NCBI GenBank assembly: GCA_032718475.1
Contig: JAUCBJ010000454.1
Span: 1 to 39,059, forward strand
Direction of reading: 5' to 3'
Origin: Nemertoderma westbladi
Taxonomy: Eukaryota > Animalia > Xenacoelomorpha
Length of the DNA stretch: 39,059 nucleotides
The position numbers were made by a program, and so were the translations under genes. Each line of letters begins with the position of its first letter. The stretch's first letter is position 1. A model generated the notes under the pieces. That model had not been told where the DNA came from and searched no databases. It saw nothing but the letters and a program-made list of their open reading frames with translations. Positions 1 through 12,847 of this stretch are shown one piece after another.

Positions 1-177
1 TTTAGTTACCCAAAAGGGTCATTTTTATGATCTTTGATCATGATCTTTATGATCTTTGGCCTAAAGCATGTAATAAGAGTATTTTTATATTAAATTGTAA
101 TTCGTACATTATAAGCAAAGTCTTTGGGGACATTGTCAGACATACTTTAAAATTTATCTTTGAAATTTAAATTATTT

Positions 178-208
178 GTTCACCCAGCCATGCAATGGCT
201 GGGTGAAC
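178..208. other. Perfect 14-bp palindromic hairpin with GCA loop, present in every array unit
   Basis: GTTCACCCAGCCAT-GCA-ATGGCTGGGTGAAC; identical in all 10 copies seen. Resembles the terminal palindromes of Helitron/Helentron (HINE) elements. Confidence 0.85.
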
Positions 209-565
209 CACCAAAATATTAAGCGATGATATCCGCAAAGCCTTTAAATATATTATAGGGTGGTGGGTGGGGCTAGTGGTTAGTGTTTATACATAGTTAG
301 GTAATGATTGTATATATAGCGAGTTCTTAAAACAGGGAATGAATATAACTTTATGTTACATAAGACAGTAAATTTCGATATTCCGATTTACAAATACACA
401 CTATCGCCACCTTTTAGGGTAGGGGAGAATACAACTGGTTATAGCGGAATAACTATGTACGAGATACTTCTTCGACTTCTACAGTAGAACAATTACTATA
501 GCTCTTTAAACTAATTCTAGAACCCCGTTTACCTACTAAAAAAAACAAATAAATATAATTAAATT

Positions 566-567
<2 letters not shown>

Positions 568-617
<50 letters not shown>
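568..617. repeat. (AAT)n microsatellite, length-variable between array units
   Basis: Long run here; shorter runs at ~2320, 5788, 7555, 9306, 11041, 12805, 14540, 16268; absent at ~4110. Confidence 0.95.
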
Positions 618-621
<4 letters not shown>

Positions 622-705
622 GGTCTACTAAAATATAAAAGCTATACTGATCAAGAATAAATGATAAAAAAACGACATCACTGGATGACAGAGGTTGTTT
701 TTTAA

Positions 706-736
706 CCGCCGCAAGGCGGAAAAGGGCTTTAGCCCT
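706..736 (+). other. Twin stem-loops CCGCC-GNAA-GGCGG and AGGGC-TTTA-GCCCT (in each of 9 units)
   Basis: Loop variants are GCAA, GAAA and GTAA. The compensatory variant TCGCC-GCAA-GGCGA occurs at ~2425 and ~9414. Confidence 0.8.
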
Positions 737-3700
737 CACTAACAACTATGGATTCCTCACCACGTATAATAATCCATGTTGTTTAGTCAGAAAAGGGTAT
801 AGTTGGGCGAGTTAGGGTATAAGGGGACGCTTAGGGGGGAAGCCAACCATCCCAGTAGGTGGATAGACCCCCTATTAACTTTCTAAATTTTGATTTCGAG
901 CGAATCCGACCGACGGTTTTCGAGTTGGGGCCAATTGAACGTTTTTGAAATTTGAATTTCCCGCCAAACGCTACAGCCAAACTGGCTATAGATGGAGACT
1001 AGCGGCCAACGGGATCGCGTAGGGGGTATAGATGTTAGTCCAGCTCATTCTTTTTTTGGAACGACTCGACCTATAGGGGCCGATCGGTAGCTGATCGAAC
1101 ACGATCTTTACGATCTTTGGCGAAATACGACCGGAAGGAGTGGGAATTTGAGAAAAGTTTGAAAGTAGAAAATGTTCCTCACCCCCGAATTATGCTAGAC
1201 GGACCCGATAAAAATTTGAAAAAAATTAATTCTAGGGGGTCTACGGGGCCAACGAAGCTTTCCGATTGGACGATATTATTTTCGCCTATTACTACGGGAA
1301 GGAACGGTTTTAAGTTAAAACATGTACAAGAGATATGGTCGGGAAGCTCGAGCTCTATCCAACGGAAGCGGTCCCGGGATCGTAAATTAAGAAGTTCTCG
1401 AGATATAGAGGAAAATTAACGAGTCGTTAAAAAATGCAGTAATTAGCAATTAGCGCTAATTAAGAGCGAATTAATTAATCGAATCTCGAAATTAACGGTG
1501 CCAATCGATGGGAAATAACGAGAGGAGCTCGCCAATTTTTTAAATTTTCGAAAAGACCCAGCGGAAGCCGAGATAAATGGATTTTCGTAAAATTGGGGTC
1601 CCGACCACCTAGTCGAATATCGGAGGCGAATCACCACCTTTGGGAAATAGGCGAAAATATACCGAAAAAGCAAAACGAGCGATATTGATTTAAAATTCGA
1701 AACTTTTTGGTCGATACGGGTTCGCTAGTGGACGATATACACTATTTTAGTCAATTTATCCAAAAGGGTCATTTTTATGATCTTTGATCATGATCTTTAT
1801 GATCTTTGGCCTAAAGCATGGAATATGAATATTTTCCTATTTTATATTAATTCATACATTGTAAGCAAAGTCTATGGGGACATTTCCAGACATACATTCA
1901 CATTTATCTTTGAAATTTTAATCATTTGTTCACCCAGCCATGCAATGGCTGGGTGAACCACCTAAATATTAAGCGATGAAATCCGCAAAGCCTTTAAATA
2001 CATTATAGGGTGGTGGGTGGGGCTAGTGGTTAGTGTTTATACATAGTTAGGTAATGATTGTATATATAGCGAGTTGTTAAAAAAGGGAATGGATATAACT
2101 TTATGTTACATAAGACAGTAAATTTCGATATTCCGATTTACAAATACACACTATCGCCACCTTTTAGGGTAGGGGAGAATACAACTGGTTATAGCGGAAT
2201 AACTATGTACGAGATACTTCTTAGACTTCTACATTAGAACAATTACAGTACTATAGCTCTTTAAACTAATTCTAGAACTCCGTTTACCTACTAAAAAACA
2301 AATAAATATAATTAAATTTATAATAATAATAATAACAAGGTCTACTAAAATATACACAAGCTATACTGATCAAGAATAAATGATAAAAAAACGATATCAC
2401 TGGATGATAGAGGATGTTTTTTAATCGCCGCAAGGCGAAAAAGGGCTTTAGCCCTCACTAACCACTACCAACTCCTCACCCAATACTAAAATCCGGGAAT
2501 GTGATAGAAAGGGGGTATACTTGGGCGAGTTAGGGTATAAGGGGGCGCTTAGGGGGGAAGCCGACCATCCCAGTAGGTGGATAGACCCCCTATTAACTTT
2601 CTAAATTTTGATTTCGAGCGAATCCAACCGACGGTTTTCGAGTTGGGCCCAATGGAACGTTTTAGAAATTTGAATTTCCCGCCAAACGCTACAGCCAAAC
2701 TGGCTATAGATGGAGACTAGCGGCCAACGGGATCGCCTAGGGGGTATAGATGTTAGTCCAGCTCATTCTTTTTTTGGAATGACTCGACCTATAGGGGCCG
2801 ATCGGTAGCTGATCGAACACGATCTTTACGATCTTTGGCGAAATACGACCGGAAGGAGTGGGAATTTGAGAAAAGTTTGAAAGTAGAAAATGTTCCTCAC
2901 CCCCGAATTATGCTAGACGGACCCCATAAAAATTTGAAAAAAATTAATTCTAGGGGGTCTACGGGGCCAACGAAGCTTTCCGATTGGACGATATTATTTT
3001 CGCCTATTACTACGGGAAGGAACGGTTTTAAGTTAAAACATGTACAAGAGATATGGTCGGTAAGCTCGAGCTCTATCCAACAGAAGCGGTCCCGGGATCG
3101 TAAATTAATAAATTCTCGAGATATAGAGAACAATTAACGAGTCGTTAAAAAATGCAGTAATTAGCAATTAGCGATAATTAAGAGCATATTAATTAATCGA
3201 ATCTTGAAATTAACGGTGCCAATCGATGGGAAACAACGAGAGGAGCTCGCCAATTTTTTAAATTTTCGAAAAGACCCAGCGGAAGCCGAGATAAATGGAT
3301 TTTCGTAAAAATGGGGTCCCGACCACCTAGTCGAATATCGGAGGCGAATCACCACCTTTGGGAAATAGGCGAAAATATACCGAAAAAGCAAAACGAGTGA
3401 TATCGATTTATAATTTGAAACTTTTTGGTCGATACGGGTTCGCTAGTGGACGATATACACTATTTTAGTTAATTTATCCAAAAGGGTCATTTTTATGATC
3501 TTTGATCATGATCTTTATGATCTTTGGCCTAAAGCATGGAATAAGAGTATTTTTATATTAAATTGTAATTCGTACATTATAAGCAAAGTCTATGGGGACA
3601 TTTTCAGACATACTTTAAAGTTTATCTTTGAAATTTAAATCATTTGTTCACCCAGCCATGCAATGGCTGGGTGAACCACCAAAATATTAAGCGATGAAAT

Positions 3701-5786
3701 CCGCAAAGCCTTTAAATACGTTATAGGGTGGTGGGTGGGGCTAGTGGTTAGTGTTTATACATAGTTAGGTAATGATTGTATATATAGCGAGTTGTTAAAA
3801 AAGGGAATCGGATATAATTTTATGTTACAAAAGACTATGAATTTAGATCTATAGAGTTGTTAAAAAAGGGAATGGGATATAATTTTATGTTACAAAAGAC
3901 TATGAATTTAGATCTATAGAGTTACGAATATACACTAACGCCATCTTTTAGCATAGCGTAGGGGAGGAATACAATTAGTTGGAATCTATGTATGGGGAAT
4001 ATAGCGGAACAACTATGTACGAGATACTTCTTCGACTAATAGAACAATAACTATAGCTCTTTAAACTAATTCTAGAACTGCATTTACCTATTAAAAAAAA
4101 CAATTAAATACTAATTAATGAAAAATAAATGATAAAAAAACTATCATCACTGGATGACAGAGGTTGTTTTTTTACCGCCGCAAGGCGGAAAAGGGCTTTA
4201 GCCCTCACTAACTACTATATACACCTCACCCAATACTAAAAATCCGGGAATGTGGAAGAAAGGGGGGTAGATGGGCGAGTTAGGGTATAAGGGAGCGCTT
4301 AGGGGGGAAGCCGACTATCCCAGTAGGTGGATAGACCCCCTATTAACTTTCTAAATTTTGATTTCGAGCGAATCCGACCGACGGTTTTCGAGTTGGGCCC
4401 AATGGAACGTTTTAGAAATTTGAATTTCCCGCCAAACGCTACAGCCAAACTGGCTATAGATGGAGACTAGCGGCCAACGGGATCGTGTAGGGGGTATAGA
4501 TGTTAGTCCAGCTCATTCTTTTTTTGGAACGACTCGACCTATAGGGGCCGATCGGTAGCTGATCGAACACGATCTTTACGATCTTTGGCGAAATACGACC
4601 GGAAGGAGTGGGAATTTGAGAAAAGTTTGAAAGTAGAAAATGTTCCTCACCCCCGAATTATGCTAGACGGACCCGATAAAAATTTGAAAAAAATTAATTC
4701 TAGGGGGTCTACGGGGCCAACGAAGCTTTCCGATTGGACGATATTATTTTCGCCTATTACTACGGGAAGGAACGGTTTTAAGTTAAAACATGTACAAGAG
4801 ATATGGTAGGGAAGCTCGAGCTCTATCCAACGGAAGCGGTCCCAGGATCGTAAATTAAGAAGTTCTCGAGATATGGAGGAAAATTAACGAATCGTTAAAA
4901 AATGCAGTAATTAGCAATTAGCGCTAATTAAGAGCGAATTAATAAATCGAATCTCGAAATTAACGGTGCTAATCGATGGGAAACAACGGGAGGAGCTCGC
5001 CAATTTTTTAAATTTTCGAAAAGACCCAGCGGAAGCCGAGATAAATGGATTTTCGTAAAATTGGGCTCCCGACCACCTAGTCGAATATCTGAGGCGAATC
5101 GCCACCTTTGGGAAATAGGCGAAAATATACCGAAAAAGCAAAATGAGCGATATTGATTTAAAATTCGAAACTTTTTGGTCGATACGGGTTCGCTAGTGGA
5201 CGATATACACTATTTTAGTCAATTTATCCAAAAGGGTCATTTTTATGATCTTTGATCATGATCTTTATGATCTTTGGCCTAAAGCATGGAATAAGAGTAT
5301 TTTTATATTAAATTGTAATTGTACGATATAAGCAAAGTCTATGGGGACATTTTCAGACATACTTTAAGATTTATCTTTGAAATTTAAATCATTTGTTCAC
5401 CCAGCCATGCAATGGCTGGGTGAACCACCAAAATATTAAGCGATGATATCCGCAAAGCCTTTAAATATATTATAGGGTGGTGGGTGGGGCTAGTGGTTAG
5501 TGTTTATACATAGTTAGGTAATGATTGTATATATAGCGAGTTGTTAAAACAGGGAATGAATATAACTTTATGTTACATAAGACAGTAAATTTCGATATTC
5601 CGATGTACAAATACACACTATCGCCACCTTTTAGGGTAGGGGAGAATACAACTGGTTATAGCGGAATAACTATGTACGAGATACTTCTTCGACTTCTACA
5701 TTAGAACAATTATAGTACTATAGCTCTTTAAACTAATTCTAGAACTCCGTTTACCTACTAAAAAACAAATAAATATAATTAAATTT

Positions 5787-5817
<31 letters not shown>

Positions 5818-8800
5818 GGTCTATTAAAATATACACAAGCTATACTGATCAAGAATAAATGATAAAAAAAACTATATCACTGGATGATAGAGGATGTTTT
5901 TTAACCGCCGAAAGGCGGAAAAGGGCTTTAGCCCTCACTAACCACTACCACCGCCTCACCCCATACAACAATCCGGGAATTATATACAGAAAAGGGTATA
6001 CTTGGGCGAGTTAGGGTATAAGGGAGCGCTTAGGGGGGAAGCCGACCATCCCAGTAGGTGGATAGACCCCCTATTAACTTTCTAAATTTTGATTTCGAGC
6101 GAATCCGACCGACGGTTTTCGAGTTGGGCCCAATGGAACGTTTTAGAAATTTGAATTTCCCGCCAAACGCTACAGCCAAACTGGCAATAGATGGAGATTA
6201 GCGGCCAACGGGATCGCGTAGGGGGTATAGATGTTAGTCCAGCTCATTCTTTTTTTGGAACGACTCGACCTATAGGGGCCGATCGGTAGCTGATCGAACA
6301 CGATCTTTATGATCTTTAGCGAAATACGACCGGAAGGAGTGGGAATTTGGGAAAAGTTTGAAAGTAGAAAATGTTCCTCACCCCCGAATTATGCTAGACG
6401 GACCCGATAAAAATTTGAAAAAAATTAATTCTAGGGGGTCTACGGGGCCAACGAAGCTTTCCGATTGGACGATATTATTTTCGCCTATTACTACGGGAAG
6501 GAACGGTTTTAAGTTAAAACATGTACAAGAGATATGGTCGGGAGGCTCGAGCTCTATCCAACGGAAGCGGTCCCGGAATCGTAAATTAAGAAGTTCTCGA
6601 GATATAGAGGATAATTAACGAGTCGTTAAAAAATGCAGTAATTAGCAATTAGCGCTAATTAAGAGCTAATTAATTAATCAAATCTCGAAATCAACGGTGC
6701 CAATCGATGGGAAACAACGAGAGGAGCTCGCCAATTTTTTAAATTTTCGAAAAGACCCAGCGGAAGCCGAGATAAATGGATTTTCGTAAAATCGGGGTCC
6801 CGACCGCCAAGTTGAATATCAGCGTCGAATCGCCAAATTTGGGAAGTAGGCGAAAATATACCGAAAAAGCAAAACGAGCGATATTGATTTAAAATTCGAA
6901 ACTTTTTGGTCGATACGGGTTCGCTAGTGGACGATATTCACAATTTTAGTTTATTTACCCAAAAGGGTCATTTTTATGATCTTTGATCATGATCTTTATG
7001 ATCTTTGGCCTAAAGCATGGAATAAGAGTATTTTTATATTAAATTGTAATTCGTACATTATAAGCAAAGTCTATGGGGACATTGTCAAACATACTTTAAA
7101 ATTTATCTTTGAAATTTAAATCATTTGTTCACCCAGCCATGCAATGGCTGGGTGAACCACCAAAAGGTTAAGAGATGAAATCCGCAAAGCCTTTAAATAC
7201 ATTATAGGGTGGTGGGTGGGGCTAGTGGTTAGTGTTTATACATAGTTAGTTAATGATTGTATATGATTGTATATGTATATGATTGTATATATAGCGAGTT
7301 GTTAAAAAAGGGAATGGATATAACTTTATGTTACAAAAGACTATGAATTTAGATCTATCGAGTTACGAATATACACTATCGCCACCTTTTAGCGTAGCGT
7401 AGGGGAGGAATACAATTAGTTGGAATCTATGTATGGGGAATATAGCGGAACAACTATGTACGAGATACTTCTTCGACTAATAGAACAATAACTATAGCTC
7501 TTTAAACTAATTCTAGAACTACATTTACCTACTAAAAAAACAATTAAATATAAATAATAATAATAATAATAATAATAATACAAATTAATAATACTAATTA
7601 ATGAAAAATAAATGATAAAAAAACTCACATCACTGGATGACAGAGGATGTTTTTTAACCGCCGTAAGGCGGAAAAGGGCTTTAGCCCTCACTAACCGCTA
7701 CCACCTCCTCACCCAATGCTAAAATCCGGGAATATTGTACCGAAGGGGGTATACTTGGGCGAGTTAGGGTATAAGGGGGCGCTTAGGGGGGAAGCCGACC
7801 ATCCCAGTAGGTGGATAGACCCCCTATTAACTTTCTAAATTTTGATTTCGAGCGAATCCGACCGACGGTTTTCGAGTTGGGCCCAATGGAACGTTTTAGA
7901 AATTTGAATTTCCCGCCAAACGCTACAGCCAAACTGGCAATAGATGGAGACTAGCGGCCAACGGGATCGCGTAGGGGGTATAGATGTTAGTCCAGCTCAT
8001 TCTTTTTTTGGAACGACTCGACCTATAGGGGCCGATCGGTAGCTGATCGAACACGATCTTTACGATCTTTGGCGAAATACGACCGGAAGGAGTGGGAATT
8101 TGGGAAAAGTTTGAAAGTAGAAAATGTTCCTCACCCCCGAATTATGCTAGACGGACCCGATAAAAATTTGAAAAAAATTAATTCTAGGGGGTCTACGGGG
8201 CCAACGAAGCTTTCCGATTGGACGATATTATTTTCGCCTATTACTACGGGAAGGAACGGTTTTAAGTTAAAACATGTACAAGAGATATGGTCGGGAAGCT
8301 CGAGCTCTATCCAACGGAAGCGGTCCCGGGATCGTAAATTAACAAGTTCTAGAGATATAGAGGAAAATTAACGAGTCGTTAAAAAATGCAGTAATTAGCA
8401 ATTAGCGCTAATTAAGAGCGAATTAATTAATCGAATCTCGAAATTAACGGTGCCAATCGATGGGAAACAACGAGAGGAGCTCGCCAATTTTTTAAATTTT
8501 CGAAAAGACCCAGCGGAAGCCGAGATAAATGGATTTTCGTAAAATCGGGGTCCCGACCACCAAGTCGAATATCGGAGGCGAATCACCACCTTTGGGAAAT
8601 AGGCGAAAATATACCGAAAAAGCAAAACGAGCGATATTGATTTAAAATTCGAAACTTTTTGGTCGATATGGGTTCGCTAGTAGACGATATACACTATTTT
8701 AGTCAATTTATCCAAAAGGGTCATTTTTATGATATTTGATCATGATCTTTATGATCTTTGGCCTAAAGCATGGAATAAGAGTATTTTTATATTAAATTGT

Positions 8801-9305
8801 AATTCGTACATTATAAGCAAAGTCTATGGGGACATTGTCAGACATACTTTAAAATTTATCTTTGAAATTTAAATCATTTGTTCACCCAGCCATGCAATGG
8901 CTGGGTGAACCACCAAAATATTAAGAGATGAAATCCGCAAAGCCTTTAAATACATTATAGGGTGGTGGGCGGGGCTAGTGGTTAGTGTTTATACATAGTT
9001 AGTTAATGATTGTATATGATTGTATATGTATATGATTGTATATATAGCGAGTTGTTAAAAAAGGGAATGGATATAACTATATGTTACAAAAGACTATGAA
9101 TTTAGATCTATCGAGTTACGAATATACACTATCGCCACCTTTTAGCGTAGCGTAGGGGAGGAATACAATTAGTTGGAATCTATGTATGGGGAATATAGCG
9201 GAACAACTATGTACGAGATACTTCTTCGACTAATAGAACAATAACTATAGCTCTTTAAACTAATTCTAGAACTACATTTACCTACTAAAAAAACAATTAA
9301 ATATA

Positions 9306-9337
<32 letters not shown>

Positions 9338-12300
9338 AAATTAATAATACTAATTAATGAAAAATAAATGATAAAAAAACTATCATCACTGGATGATAGA
9401 GGATGTTTTTTAATCGCCGCAAGGCGAAAAAGGGCTTTAGCCCTCACTAACCACTACCACCTCCTCACCCAATGCTATAAATCCGGGAATATTGAAGAAA
9501 GGGGGTATACTTGGTCGAGTTAGGGTATAAGGGGGCTCTTAGGGGGGAAGCCGACCATCCCAGTAGGTGGATAGACCCCCTATTAACTTTCTAAATTTTG
9601 ATTTCGAGCGAATCCGACCGACGGTTTTCGAGTTGGGCCCAATGGAACGTTTTAGAAATTTGAATTTCCCGCCAAACGCTATGGCCAAGCTACAGCCAAA
9701 CTGGCAATAGATGGAGACTAGCGGCCAACGGGATCGCGTAGGGGGTATAGATGTTAGTCCAGCTCATTCTTTTTTTGGAACGACTCGACCTATAGGGGCC
9801 GATCGGTAGCTGATCAAACACGATCTTTACGATCTTTGGCGAAATACGACCGGAAGGAGAGGGAATTTGGGAAAAGTTTGAAAGTAGAAAATGTTCCTCA
9901 CCCCCGAATTATGCTAGACGGACCCGATAAAAATTTGAAAAAAATTAATTCTAGGGGGTCTACGGGGCCAACGAAGCTTTCCGATTGGACGATATTATTT
10001 TCGCCTATTACTACGGGAAGGAACGGTTTTAAGTTAAAACATGTACAAGAGATATGGTCGGGAAGCTCGAGCTCTATCCAACGGAAGCGGTCCCGGGATC
10101 GTAAATTAAGAAGTTCTCGAGATATAGAGGAAAATTATCGATTCGTTAAAAAATGCAGTAATTAGCAATTAGCGCTAATTAAGAGCGAATTAATTAATCG
10201 AATCTCGAAATTAACGGTGCCAATTGATGGCAAACAACGAGAGGAGCTCGCCAATTTTTTAAATTTTCGAAAAGACCCAGCGGAAGCCGAGATAAATGGA
10301 TTTTCGTAAAATCGTGGTCCCGACCACCTAGTCGAATATCGGAGGCGAATCACTACCTTTGGGAAGTTGGCGAAAATATACCGAAAAAGCAAAATTAGCG
10401 ATATTGATTTAAAATTCGAAACTTTTTGGTCGATACGGGTTCGCTAGTGGATGATAAACACAATTTTAGTCAATTTGCCCAAAAGGGTCATTTTTATGAT
10501 CTTTGATCATGATCTTTATGATCTTTGGCCTAAAGCATGGAATAAGAGTATTTTTATATCAAATTGTAATTCGTACATTATAAGCAAAGTCTATGGGGCC
10601 ATTTTCAGACATACTTAAAAATTTATCTTTGAAATTTAAAACATTTGTTCACCCAGCCATGCAATGGCTGGGTGAACCACCAAAATATTAAGCAATGATA
10701 TCTGCAAAGCCTTTAAATATATTATAGGGTGGTGGGTGGGGCTAGTGGTTAGTGTTTATACATAGTTAGGTAATGATTGTATATATAGCGAGTTGTTAAA
10801 ACAGGGAATGAATATAACTTTATGTTACATAAGACAGTAAATTTCGATATTCCGATTTACAAATACACACTATCGCCACCTTTTAGGGTAGGGGAGAATA
10901 CAACTGGTTATAGCGGAATAACTATGTACGAGATACTTCTTCGACTTCTACATTAGAACAATTACAGTACTATAGCTCTTTAAACTAATTCTAGAACTCC
11001 GTTTACCTACTAAAAAAAACAAATAAATATAATTAAATTTATAATAATAATAATAATAATAACAAGGTCTACTAAAATATACACAAGCTATACTGATCAA
11101 GAATAAATGATAAAAAAACTCACATCACTGGATGATAGAGGTTGTTTTTTTACCGCCGTAAGGCGGAAAAGGGCTTTAGCCCTCACTAACTACTATATAC
11201 ACCTCACCCAATACTACAAATCCGGGAATATGTAAAAAAGGGGGTATATTTGGTCGAGATAGGGTATAAGGGGGCGCTTAGGGGGCAAGCCGACCATCCC
11301 AGTAGGTGGATAGACCCCCTATTAACTTTCTAAATTTTGATTTCGAGCGAATCCGACCGACGGTTTTCGAGTTGGGCCCAATGGAACGTTTTAGAAATTT
11401 GAATTTCCCGCCAAACGCTACAGCCAAACTGGCAATAGATGGAGATTAGCGGCCAACGGGATCGCGTAGGGGGTATAGATGTTAGTCCAGCTCATTCTTT
11501 TTTTGGAACGACTCGACCTATAGGGGCCGATCGGTAGCTGATCGAACACGATCTTTACGATCTTTGGCGAAATACGACCGGAAGGAGTGGGAATTTGGGA
11601 AAAGTTTGAAAGTATAAAATGTTCCTCACCCCCGAATTATGCTAGACGGACCCGATAAAAATTTGAAAAAAATTAATTCTAGGGGGTCTACGGGGCCAAC
11701 GAAGCTTTCCGATTGGACGATATTATTTTCGCCTATTACTACGGGAAGGAACGGTTTTAAGTTAAAACATGTACAAGAGATATGGTCGGGAAGCTCGAGC
11801 TCTATCCAACTGAAGCGGTCCCGGGATCGTAAATTAAGAAGTTCTCGAGATATAGAGGATAATTAACGACTCGTTAAAAAATGCAGTAATTAGCAATTAG
11901 CGCTAATTAAGAGCGAATTAATTAATCAAATCTCGAAATTAACGGTGCCAATCGATGGGAAACAACGAGAGGAGCTCGCCAATTTTTTAAATTTTCGAAA
12001 AGACCCAGCGGAAGCCGAGATAAATGGATTTTCGTAAAATCGGGGTCCCGACCGCCAAGCTGAATATCAGCGTCGAATCGCCACCTTTGGGAAGTAGGCG
12101 AAAATATACCGAAAAAGCAAAATGAGCGATATTGATTTAAAATTCGAAACTTTTTGGTCGATACGGGTTCGCTAGTGGACGATATTCACAATTTTAGTTT
12201 ATTTACCCAAAAGGGTCATTTTTATGATCTTTGATCATGATCTTTATGATCTTTGGCCTAAAGCATGGAATAAGAGTATTTTTATATTAAATTGTAATTC

Positions 12301-12803
12301 GTACATTATAAGCAAAGTCTATGGGGACATTGTCAGACATACTTTAAAATTTATCTTTGAAATTTAAATCATTTGTTCACCCAGCCATGCAATGGCTGGG
12401 TGAACCACCAAAATATTAAGAGATGAAATCCGCAAAGCCTTTAAATACATTATAGGGTGGTGGGTGGGGCTAGTGGTTAGTGTTTATACATAGTTAGTTA
12501 ATGATTGTATATGATTGTATATGTATATGATTGTATATATAGCGAGTTGTTAAAAAAGGGAATGGATATAACTTAATGTTACAAAAGACTATGAATTTAG
12601 ATCTATCGAGTTACGAATATACACTATCGCCACCTTTTAGCGTAGCGTAGGAGGGGAGGAATACAATTAGTTGGAATCTATGTATGGGGAATATAGCGGA
12701 ACAACTATGTACGAGATACTTCTTCGACTAATAGAACAATAACTATAGCTCTTTAAACTAATTCTAGAACTACATTTACCTACTAAAAAAACAATTAAAT
12801 ATA

Positions 12804-12847
<44 letters not shown>

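Noticed and set aside
536-745. Poly-Ile and poly-Tyr ORFs (also 7416, 9169, 12667)
   Set aside because: Translations of the (AAT)n microsatellite.
1117-1419. Repeated 100-aa ORF MAKYDRKEWEF... and the antisense 76-aa ORF in each array unit
   Set aside because: Non-ATG starts, premature stops in several units (e.g. 4809, 15289) and no recognisable domain; recurrence merely reflects the DNA repeat.
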